A stretch of DNA of 63,777 nucleotides, filler included. It is 4 parts of 4 records of this genome, joined end to end, with 100 filler letters (N's around TTAATTAATTAA, not from the genome) between each part and the next. Parts side by side here need not be neighbours in the genome. Positions count along the whole stretch, not along the records: positions 1 to 23,178 come from SRR22947727_2582; 3 more parts are not named here. One strand, given 5' to 3'. Under the pieces are notes generated by a model that saw nothing but the letters and a program-made list of their open reading frames with translations, made no database searches and had not been told where the DNA came from. The position numbers and the translations under genes were made by a program. This document shows positions 1 to 8,543 of this stretch, one piece after another. Positions within the stretch are counted from its first letter, which is position 1; the number at the start of each line of letters is the position of its first letter.

Positions 1-30
1 CCAGTTCAGATTTTGCCAGTTCAGATTTTG
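1..30. repeat. 15-bp tandem direct repeat (CCAGTTCAGATTTTG x2) upstream of chvI
   Basis: Exact duplication of 1-15 at 16-30; it may continue beyond the window edge. Confidence 0.85.
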
Positions 31-48
31 TGGGAGTGGGAGACCAAA

Positions 49-747
49 ATGGCAGACCGTATTGCACTTGTTGATGATGATCAAAATATCCTGACATCTG
101 TGTCCTTGACGCTCGAATCTGAGGGGTTTGATGTCGATTGTTACCATGATGGTGAGGCGGCTTTGGTCGGGCTTGCCCGCAGGCCAGCCAATCTCGGTGT
201 CTTTGACATCAAGATGCCCCGCATGGACGGCATGGAGCTCTTGCAAAAAGTGCGAGGCCAGTCGCAAATGCCGGTGATTTTCCTGACCAGCAAAGATGAT
301 GAGCTTGACGAGGCACTTGGGCTTGGCATGGGGGCAGATGATTACATCACCAAGCCATTTTCCCAGCGTTTGCTGCTTGCACGTATCCGTGCCGTGTTGC
401 GGCGTGCCAGTGATGGGGTAATGAAAACATCTGGTCCAAATATCATCCGTCTTGGTGAATTACTGATGGATCCAGACCGGCATTTATGTAGCTGGCGCGG
501 TACTGAAGTTAAATTAACCGTCACCGAATTTCTGATTTTGCAGGCGTTGGCGTCGCGCCCGGGCATGGTGAAAAACCGTGACCAGCTTATGGACGCTGCC
601 TATGGCGAGAGTATTTTTCTGGATGACCGCACGATCGACAGCCATATCAAACGGCTGCGCCGCAAATTACGCGCCCATGATTCCGACTTTGACCAGATCG
701 AAACGCTTTATGGAATTGGCTATAAATATAAAACATCTTCATCATAA
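49..747 (+). CDS. chvI: OmpR-family response regulator ChvI
   Basis: [31 protein letters not shown] and [13 protein letters not shown] motifs; adjacent to a ChvG-type kinase. ATG at 49 follows GGGAG, so the TTG at 13 is unlikely. Confidence 0.93.
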   Translation: MADRIALVDDDQNILTSVSLTLESEGFDVDCYHDGEAALVGLARRPANLGVFDIKMPRMDGMELLQKVRGQSQMPVIFLTSKDDELDEALGLGMGADDYITKPFSQRLLLARIRAVLRRASDGVMKTSGPNIIRLGELLMDPDRHLCSWRGTEVKLTVTEFLILQALASRPGMVKNRDQLMDAAYGESIFLDDRTIDSHIKRLRRKLRAHDSDFDQIETLYGIGYKYKTSSS

Positions 748-780
748 GGGTCGCGCCATGCTGATGAAGGCGGCATAATG

Positions 781-818
781 GCCTGATGATATTTATGGTG
801 CCTAATGATATTTATGTT
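781..818. repeat. 19-bp imperfect tandem repeat between chvI and chvG
   Basis: GCCTGATGATATTTATGGT (781-799) vs GCCTAATGATATTTATGTT (800-818), 17/19 identical. Confidence 0.8.
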
Positions 819-908
819 GATGGTGGGTTATAGTCAGGGAGCGGAATTATAGACACTTCGCGATGGCGTCGATTACTGGGCTGGATTCGTGGCAAGGGTG
901 GATGGCTT

Positions 909-2486
909 GTGACGCCATTCCGCATGAGCCGCCTTACCGCGCGCATCATGGCGATTATGCTGTTTCCGCTGGCGATTTTTCTTGTTGGCCTATTGTCGCT
1001 TGATCAATATCGAACAACTTTAATCCAGTCAGAATTTGTTGCGCTTGAGCGTCAGGGCTTTACCTTGGCGCGCTCGCTTGCGCTTGCCGAGGCTGAACGT
1101 GACCGGCGCGTTGCCCGCCGCCAGCTATCGCCAGAAACCATGACGCATCTTATCCCGCTTGTCGGGCTTGGCAGCTCGCTACGCGCGCGGGTGTTTCAGC
1201 CAAATGGATCGCTTCTTGCCGATACGGCGCGGCAAAGTGGCTTTCAGCCAAATGTTGATATTCGGCGGCATCGTAACAAAGGCTGGCGGCGGAAGATCCG
1301 CAATAATCTAAATGATATGGTGGCGACAGCATCTGGCTGGTTCAGCCCCTTTGATGAATTGCCAACATATGTAGAACGCCGCCGCCAGCGTGCCAGCCAA
1401 TATGCCGAAGTCATTGCCGCCTTGTCGGGCGAGCCACGCCGTGCCTTGCGGATTGATCGTGATGGTAATTTGATGTTGTCGGTGGCGGTGCCGGTACAAG
1501 ATGTGCGCCTTGTTCGCGGCGCCTTGATGGTTTCGATTGGTGGCGGCAAAATCGAACAGGAACTGGCCAATGTGAATATCGTATTCCTGCAGCTATTTGT
1601 CGGGGTTTTATTTGTAACGCTTGGGCTTAGCCTTTATCTGGCGCGGTCAATCACAACGCCAATTTCGCGTCTGGCAGCCGCCGCCGATAAATTGCGGCAA
1701 AGCGCTGATATGTCGAGCCGCTTGCAGCGATTGCCACATCGCAATGATGAAATTGGTCAATTATCGGATTCATTGATTGATCTAACCGATGAATTGCAAA
1801 AACGGATTCAGGCGACGGCGGCCTTTGCCGCCGATGTGGCGCATGAAATCAAAAATCCGCTTTCATCCTTGCGAAGCGCCACCGAAACCTTTAGCCGCGC
1901 CAAAACAGCGGCGCAAAAAAAACAATTGCTGAATGTCATCTTGCAGGATGTGCAGCGGCTTGATCGATTGATTACCGATATTTCACAAGCAAGCCGTGTC
2001 GACACCGAAATTATCGGCCAAGATCGTGATCCGGTTGATTTGGCCAGTTTGATTGATAATTTTATCCAGATGCGATCGCAAACCCATAGCCAATATCAAT
2101 TGCGATTTGAGTACCCGCCACTGCCAGTGATGGTGCGGATGAATGAAAGCCGCATGGTGCAGGTGATTGATAATGTGCTGAGCAATGCCATTTCCTTTAG
2201 CCCGAAAGGCGGCATGGTACAGTTTATTCTGACCGCTGATGCAACCCGCAAAAATGCGGTTCTGGAAATTCTTGATGATGGGCCGGGAATCCCTGATGCC
2301 AAGTTGGAAACGGTGTTTGACCGGTTTTATACCGAACGGCCTAGCGGCGAGGGGTTTGGCGAACATTCAGGGCTTGGCCTGTCAATTGCGCGGCAGATTG
2401 TCGATGCGCATAACGGACAATTAACAGCAGAAAACCGGCCTGAAGGCGGGGCGTGTTTCCAGCTTGTTTTGCCATTGGGAAGCTGA
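909..2486 (+). CDS. chvG: Sensor histidine kinase ChvG/ExoS (start may lie upstream at 846-849)
   Basis: Two TM segments, HAMP domain, H-box FAADVAHEIKNPLSS, HATPase NAISFSP / DDGPG / FYTERP / HSGLGLSI. Confidence 0.92.
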   Translation: MTPFRMSRLTARIMAIMLFPLAIFLVGLLSLDQYRTTLIQSEFVALERQGFTLARSLALAEAERDRRVARRQLSPETMTHLIPLVGLGSSLRARVFQPNGSLLADTARQSGFQPNVDIRRHRNKGWRRKIRNNLNDMVATASGWFSPFDELPTYVERRRQRASQYAEVIAALSGEPRRALRIDRDGNLMLSVAVPVQDVRLVRGALMVSIGGGKIEQELANVNIVFLQLFVGVLFVTLGLSLYLARSITTPISRLAAAADKLRQSADMSSRLQRLPHRNDEIGQLSDSLIDLTDELQKRIQATAAFAADVAHEIKNPLSSLRSATETFSRAKTAAQKKQLLNVILQDVQRLDRLITDISQASRVDTEIIGQDRDPVDLASLIDNFIQMRSQTHSQYQLRFEYPPLPVMVRMNESRMVQVIDNVLSNAISFSPKGGMVQFILTADATRKNAVLEILDDGPGIPDAKLETVFDRFYTERPSGEGFGEHSGLGLSIARQIVDAHNGQLTAENRPEGGACFQLVLPLGS

Positions 2487-2520
2487 GGCTGTTTTTTCTT
2501 TTCTGCTGTTGTAGACTGTT

Positions 2521-3405
2521 GTGATGTTGAACCCAATTTCGTCAATAAAGCTTGTTTTTGTGACTGGTGTGTCTGGTGCTGGTCATTCAACGGCACTGAA
2601 AATTCTGGAAGATTACGGATTTACCGCGGTTGATAATCTGCCTTTGGCGTTGGTTGATCCACTAATCGCGCTTGAGGTTGAAACGGGCGGCCGGTCAATT
2701 GCCATTGGGCTTGATGTGCGTACCAGCGGTTTTGGGGCTGATGCAGTGGCGCGGCTTGTGAAAAATCTGGCAAAGCGCCTTGGTGATGATTTCAAGATGG
2801 TTTTTATCAGTGCTGGCCATGCCGATTTGATGCGCCGCTATAATGCGACAAGACGCCAGCACCCGCTTGGCCATGATTATGATCTTGACGCTGCGGTGTG
2901 CACTGATATGGCGCGCATGGCCGATGTCGAAGCTTTGGCCGATATTGTGATTGATAGCAGTGGTCTGTCGCCAGCTGATTTGCGTGGTGCGTTGCTTGGC
3001 ACTTTGGGGCTTGATAAGGCGCCGCCAATGCCGGTGCATATCGTGTCATTTTCCTACCGGCATGGCCTTCCCGAAACCGCCGATCAGGTTTTTGATATGC
3101 GCTTTGCCAAAAACCCGCATTGGGATGATGGTTTGCGTGATCAAACCGGCCTTGATTCCAAAGTGGCGGAATTTCTGGCCAAAGATGAGATGGCAATCGC
3201 GGTTCTTGATCAGGTCAAATCGATGTTGGCGTTAATGTTAAGCCGGATGAACAGCGATGGTCGGGCGCATTTAACACTGGCCTTTGGCTGTACGGGTGGC
3301 AAGCATCGTTCGGTATGGGCCGCAGCGCAGATCGCTAGCTGGATTGAGGCTGAGGGTCACCCCGTACGCCTCGAACATCGTGAATTGGCCAAGGCATCGA
3401 CCTGA
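2521..3405 (+). CDS. rapZ: RNase adapter RapZ (YvcJ family P-loop protein)
   Basis: VTGVSGAGHS, VDNLP, DVR, TRRQHPL, SFSY...DMRF.NP and GCTGGKHRSV motifs. Confidence 0.92.
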   Translation: MMLNPISSIKLVFVTGVSGAGHSTALKILEDYGFTAVDNLPLALVDPLIALEVETGGRSIAIGLDVRTSGFGADAVARLVKNLAKRLGDDFKMVFISAGHADLMRRYNATRRQHPLGHDYDLDAAVCTDMARMADVEALADIVIDSSGLSPADLRGALLGTLGLDKAPPMPVHIVSFSYRHGLPETADQVFDMRFAKNPHWDDGLRDQTGLDSKVAEFLAKDEMAIAVLDQVKSMLALMLSRMNSDGRAHLTLAFGCTGGKHRSVWAAAQIASWIEAEGHPVRLEHRELAKAST

Positions 3406-3531
3406 CCAAACATCACTCTCATCGCAATCTAAATGTGTTTTTTGACGCGATCATATCTATCGCTTTAAAAGAGCGTGTTAATTTGCTATGACAGGGTGAG
3501 ATTTTTACTGACATATAAATGGGATTGAACT

Positions 3532-4926
3532 ATGGCGCAGGATTATGTGATTGCCGATATTGGACTTGCTGACTGGGGTCGCAAGGAACTATCGATTGCC
3601 GAGACCGAAATGCCCGGCCTGATGGCGCTTCGTGACGAGTTTGGTGCGGACAAGCCGCTGGCTGGCGCGCGCATTTCTGGCTGTCTTCATATGACGGTTC
3701 AAACTGCGGTTTTGATTCAAACGCTTGTTGCGCTTGGTGCCGATGTGCGTTGGTCGAGCTGCAATATCTTTTCAACACAAGATCATGCCGCTGCGGCAAT
3801 TGCCCAATCAGGCGTTCCGGTCTTTGCCATCAAAGGCGAGACATTGGCCGAATATTGGGAATATGTTGATCGTACTTTTGATTGGCCGAATGAACAGACT
3901 GCCAATCTCATTCTTGATGATGGTGGTGATGCCACCATGTATATTCTTCTTGGTGCGCGTGCCGAAGCTGGCGAAGATGTGCTGACAACGCCAGAAACCG
4001 AAGAAGAAGAATATCTAAAAGCGCAATTGCATCGCCGTCTTGCCAGCAGCCCGGGCTGGTTCACCCGCCAGCGTGATGCGCTCAAAGGGGTTTCCGAAGA
4101 AACCACCACTGGCGTTTTGCGGCTTTACCAGCTTGCTGAAATGGGCGGATTGCCTTTCCCAGCGATCAATGTAAATGATTCGGTTACCAAATCGAAATTT
4201 GACAATCTTTATGGCTGTCGCGAGTCATTGGTTGATGGCATTCGCCGCGCCACTGATGTGATGTTTGCTGGCAAGGTTGCGGTTGTTGCTGGCTATGGTG
4301 ATGTTGGCAAAGGCTCGGCAGCGTCGCTTCGGCAAGGTGGTGCGCGGGTCATGGTAACCGAGGTCGATCCGATCTGTGCGTTGCAGGCCGCGATGGAAGG
4401 CTATGAAGTTGTCACAATGGAACAGGCAGCGCCGAAGGCTGATATCTTTGTGACCGCAACCGGTAATCGTCATGTCATCACCATCGACCATATGCGTGAA
4501 ATGAAAGACCGTGCGATCGTCTGTAACATTGGTCATTTTGATAATGAAATCGATGTTGCTTCGCTGAATAATTACACTTGGTCCGAAGTAAAGCCGCAGG
4601 TTGATGAAATTGAATTTCCAAATGGCAAGCGGATGATCCTTCTTGCCAAGGGACGGTTGGTCAATCTTGGATGTGGAACAGGACACCCGTCTTTTGTCAT
4701 GTCGGCGTCATTTACCAATCAAGTTCTGGCGCAGATCGAGCTTTGGTCGCGTGGTGATCAATATGAAAACAAGGTTTATACCTTGCCGCGTCATCTTGAT
4801 GAAAAAGTGGCAGCACTCCATCTTGCCAAGGTTGGCGCAAGCTTAAGCACGCTTCGTCCTGATCAGGCCGATTATATCGGCGTTGAACAGCAAGGACCGT
4901 TCAAGAGCGAACAATATCGCTATTAA
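3532..4926 (+). CDS. ahcY: Adenosylhomocysteinase
   Basis: [42 protein letters not shown] and GRLVNLGC motifs. Confidence 0.98.
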   Translation: MAQDYVIADIGLADWGRKELSIAETEMPGLMALRDEFGADKPLAGARISGCLHMTVQTAVLIQTLVALGADVRWSSCNIFSTQDHAAAAIAQSGVPVFAIKGETLAEYWEYVDRTFDWPNEQTANLILDDGGDATMYILLGARAEAGEDVLTTPETEEEEYLKAQLHRRLASSPGWFTRQRDALKGVSEETTTGVLRLYQLAEMGGLPFPAINVNDSVTKSKFDNLYGCRESLVDGIRRATDVMFAGKVAVVAGYGDVGKGSAASLRQGGARVMVTEVDPICALQAAMEGYEVVTMEQAAPKADIFVTATGNRHVITIDHMREMKDRAIVCNIGHFDNEIDVASLNNYTWSEVKPQVDEIEFPNGKRMILLAKGRLVNLGCGTGHPSFVMSASFTNQVLAQIELWSRGDQYENKVYTLPRHLDEKVAALHLAKVGASLSTLRPDQADYIGVEQQGPFKSEQYRY

Positions 4927-4932
4927 TCACCA

Positions 4933-5430
4933 ATGCCCGTTCTGCAATTAGAATTACCCGATCTGTCAGCAACTGATACCCTTGGTTCGTTGCTGGCTGA
5001 CGGGCTGGCGGCTGGTGATGTGATTTCATTAAGCGGGCCTCTTGGTGCAGGCAAATCAGCATTGGCGCGGGCGATTATTCAGGCGGCAAATCCGGCTGAA
5101 ACCGATGTGCCAAGCCCCACCTTTACGCTTGTTCAAACCTATGAGCTTGGGGATGGAACGCCGCTTTGGCATCTCGATCTTTACCGGATTGAAAGCCCTG
5201 AAGACGCAATGCAGCTTGGGCTGGATGATGCGTTTATCGATGCGGTTTGTTTGATCGAATGGCCGGACCGACTAAAAAAGCTGCTGCCAAAGACCAATCT
5301 TTCAATCCATCTATACATGGCCGATGGTGATGATGGCGGCGAGTCATCTTCCAGTATCCGGTTTGCCGATATTACCGCGCCGCCGCATTGGGCCGCCCGA
5401 ATGGCGGCCATTATCGCCAAAACGGGCTAG
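4933..5430 (+). CDS. tsaE: tRNA t6A biosynthesis ATPase TsaE
   Basis: LSGPLGAGKS, VPSPTFTLVQTY, HLDLYR and LIEWP motifs. Confidence 0.96.
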   Translation: MPVLQLELPDLSATDTLGSLLADGLAAGDVISLSGPLGAGKSALARAIIQAANPAETDVPSPTFTLVQTYELGDGTPLWHLDLYRIESPEDAMQLGLDDAFIDAVCLIEWPDRLKKLLPKTNLSIHLYMADGDDGGESSSSIRFADITAPPHWAARMAAIIAKTG

Positions 5431-5537
5431 GTTTTGCGCCTCTTCGCAAGGGCTTGCCAACATCAATTCTAGGCTAGGTTACCCGCTTTTGGTAATCGGG
5501 TCTCGCCTTTCGATGTCGTTGCTTTTATAGTTGGCAC

Positions 5538-8500
5538 ATGACAAGCCCTTCCGTTTACAGCATTGATGCCGGCATGCCGTTTGCCCGTGAATTGGCCGTG
5601 GGTATTGCAAAGCTGGCTGACAGCCCCGAAAGGCTGGCGCGCGGTCTAGTTCTATTGCCATCACGCCGTGCTGCTCGCGCTCTTCAAGCCGCTTTTCTGG
5701 ATGGTGCTGAAGGTGTGCCAATGCTGTTGCCGCGCATGTTGCCTGTTGGCGATTTTGGTAATGATGATGATGGCCGGTTAAGCCCGTTTCTAGGCGATGA
5801 TGCTGGCAGTGACCTGCCGCCGCCAATCTCAAAGATAAGACGGCAAATCTGCCTTGCCAAATTGCTTCGCCATTTTCTGCTTGGCGGTCAATATCCAACC
5901 CAGCCACAGGCGATGCGCCTTGCCGACTCGCTTGGGCAATTGCTCGATCAGCTTTATAATGCTGATGCCACTGCTGAGCAGCTTCGTGATTTATTGCCTG
6001 ATCAATTTTCGGCGCATTGGCAGGATATTCTGACCCTTCTTGGCATTTTGATTGAGCGCTGGCCGGATATTCTGGCACAAGAAGGGCTTATTGACGTGGT
6101 TGACCGGCGCAACCGGCTGTTATGCCGCCGTGCCAAACAATGGCGCGACCAGCCACCGGATCAATTGATCGTGATTGCCGGATCGACCGGATCAATCGCG
6201 GCGACGCGTGAATTGATTGGCGTGGTGGCGAACCTTCCCGATGGTCATATTGTTTTACCCGGGCTTGATCGTCATGCTGGTGATCAATGGTCGGCGATCT
6301 GCGAGGATAACGGCCATCCCCAGCATCAGCTTGCCCAGCTTTTGGCCTATCTTGAGATCACGCCTGATGCAGTGCAAAACTGGACAGGGTCAGCCGAACA
6401 GGTACCGCCCGAATTGCCAGCAAGACGCGATTTGATGCGCGAGGTCTTTCGCCCTGCTGCAATCAGCGACGGCTGGCAAAGGCTTGGTGATGCCAGCCCG
6501 ATGATCAACCGAACCGCGCTTGCTGGTTTGAAGGTCATAACGGCGCGGGATCGGCGCGAAGAGGCCAATCTGATTGCCCTATCGCTTCGCGAGGTGTTGG
6601 AAAAACCCGACCAAACCGCAGCAATGATTACCCCAGATCGCCAGCTTGCTGAATTGGTTATTGCCGATTTGCGCCGATGGGATATCGATATCGAAGATTC
6701 GGCAGGCAAACGCTTATCGCTTTGCCCGCCTGGCCGGTTTCTATCGTTTCTTTGTGATGCGGTCGACGCCAATTTTGCGCCGCTTCGTTTGCTGTCATTG
6801 TTAAAACATCCCTATTGTGCAGGCGGAATGAACCCGATTCAATTTCGTCATTTTGTCGATCAAATCGAATTGACAGTATTGCGGGGCCCGCGTCCGGGTG
6901 ATGGTTTGCCCGCGATTGCCGCAGCGCTTGATGATGCTGAGCTCCGTCATTTTTTTGAAACGCATGTCATTGCCAATTTAGCCGCGCTTATTGATTGTTG
7001 GCAGGCACCTAACCCGACTTTGGCAAGCCTGTCAGACGGAATTGCTGCAGCTGCCGAACGGCTATGTGCTAACGTGATGGACAGCAATGGTGCGGACGCA
7101 GATCGCGGTGCAGGCGCAATCGAATTATGGAAAAATGCTGACGGCATGGCGGCAAGCGACCTGTTTCGCAGCCTTGCCGCTGATGGCCGCGATAGCGCAA
7201 TTGATGCTGGCGATATGCCGCAGATTTTGCGCCAGCTTCTTGAAGATATAAATGTTCACCCCTTTGGCACGCCGCATCCACGGCTTGCCATTCTTGGTGC
7301 GGTTGAGGCGCGGATGCATCTGGCACGCGCGGTTGACGCGCACCGGTTAATTCTTGCTGGCTTTAATGAGGGTAATTGGCCGCCGCGTCCAGATATCGAC
7401 CCTTGGATGAATAGCGCGATGCGGGCAGCGGTTGGATTGCCGCCGAAAAACTGGCGAAGCGGGTTAAGCGCGCATGACGTCTATATGGCGATTTGCAGCA
7501 AAGACATCATTGTCACCCGCGCCGATAAAGAGGCGGGAACCCCAACGACAAAAAGCCGTTGGTTACAGCGCATGGAAGTTGTGGTGAATGCGCTTGGTCT
7601 GAATGACAATATTGATGATGGCGCGATTGAAAAAGCTTGGCTTGCGAAATTTGAACCAAAGACAATTCCCCAACCGGCGGTTCGGCCGTCACCTTGTCCG
7701 CCATTGGCAAGCCGCCCCCGCCAGTTTTCGGCAACCGAAATTGATATCTGGATTACCGATCCCTATGCCATCTATGCCAAGAAAATTCTGCGGCTAAAAC
7801 CGCTTGATGATATTGACCGCAGTGCTGATGCGGCGCTTCGCGGTATTTTGTTTCATGATGCGCTTGCTGATTTCAGCAAGGCAAATGCCACGGGCCAATT
7901 GGGCGAAGACGCATTGCAACAATTGCTGGATTTCGGCAAAACCCATTTTGCCAGCCAGATTGGCCAGCCCTCAATCCGCTATTTCTGGTGGACAAGATTT
8001 GAGGCGATGGCCGCATGGTTTATCGAAAATGAACATCGCCGCCGTGATGATTTACAATCAATTCATGCTGAAATTAGCGGGGCGATTTTTTTGCAGGCGG
8101 CGCAAGGACCGGTAAAGCTGACCGCGCGGGCGGATCGGCTGGAATATGACAAAGACGGGAAATGGACGATTGTCGATTACAAAACCGGCACGGTGCCAAG
8201 CGGAAGCTTGGTCAAAAAAGGCGTTCGCAACCAATTGGCGGTTGAAGGGCTGATTGCCTTTGACGGCGGGTTTGAATCACTGCCGGCGGGCGAGATAAGA
8301 TCATTGGAATATTGGCAGTTAAGTGGCAAAAAATCGGCACCGGGTGAAATTAAAACGCCGTTTGCCGATTTGTTTGACGCCGATGAAGTCAGGGATCGCC
8401 TTGAAAGGCTGGCCAATTATTTTGATCAGGCCAATACCCCCTATGCAAGCGAGCTAGACCTGATCAATGTTCCGCCATTCAAGCCCTATCAGCATCTAAG

Positions 8501-8543
8501 CCGAAGCCGTGAATGGCTTTATGGAGATAATGCCGATGAATGA
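5538..8543 (+). CDS. addB: Double-strand break repair protein AddB (alphaproteobacterial type)
   Basis: LLPSRRAAR, IAGSTGSI and LKHP motifs; C-terminal RecB-family nuclease ADRLE...VDYKTG; directly upstream of addA. Confidence 0.93.
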   Translation: MTSPSVYSIDAGMPFARELAVGIAKLADSPERLARGLVLLPSRRAARALQAAFLDGAEGVPMLLPRMLPVGDFGNDDDGRLSPFLGDDAGSDLPPPISKIRRQICLAKLLRHFLLGGQYPTQPQAMRLADSLGQLLDQLYNADATAEQLRDLLPDQFSAHWQDILTLLGILIERWPDILAQEGLIDVVDRRNRLLCRRAKQWRDQPPDQLIVIAGSTGSIAATRELIGVVANLPDGHIVLPGLDRHAGDQWSAICEDNGHPQHQLAQLLAYLEITPDAVQNWTGSAEQVPPELPARRDLMREVFRPAAISDGWQRLGDASPMINRTALAGLKVITARDRREEANLIALSLREVLEKPDQTAAMITPDRQLAELVIADLRRWDIDIEDSAGKRLSLCPPGRFLSFLCDAVDANFAPLRLLSLLKHPYCAGGMNPIQFRHFVDQIELTVLRGPRPGDGLPAIAAALDDAELRHFFETHVIANLAALIDCWQAPNPTLASLSDGIAAAAERLCANVMDSNGADADRGAGAIELWKNADGMAASDLFRSLAADGRDSAIDAGDMPQILRQLLEDINVHPFGTPHPRLAILGAVEARMHLARAVDAHRLILAGFNEGNWPPRPDIDPWMNSAMRAAVGLPPKNWRSGLSAHDVYMAICSKDIIVTRADKEAGTPTTKSRWLQRMEVVVNALGLNDNIDDGAIEKAWLAKFEPKTIPQPAVRPSPCPPLASRPRQFSATEIDIWITDPYAIYAKKILRLKPLDDIDRSADAALRGILFHDALADFSKANATGQLGEDALQQLLDFGKTHFASQIGQPSIRYFWWTRFEAMAAWFIENEHRRRDDLQSIHAEISGAIFLQAAQGPVKLTARADRLEYDKDGKWTIVDYKTGTVPSGSLVKKGVRNQLAVEGLIAFDGGFESLPAGEIRSLEYWQLSGKKSAPGEIKTPFADLFDADEVRDRLERLANYFDQANTPYASELDLINVPPFKPYQHLSRSREWLYGDNADE

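Noticed and set aside
3406-3531. SAH riboswitch upstream of ahcY
   Set aside because: No GAGGAGCG / CCAGGCUC / GGCGCUC core is visible in this AT-rich 126-nt gap.
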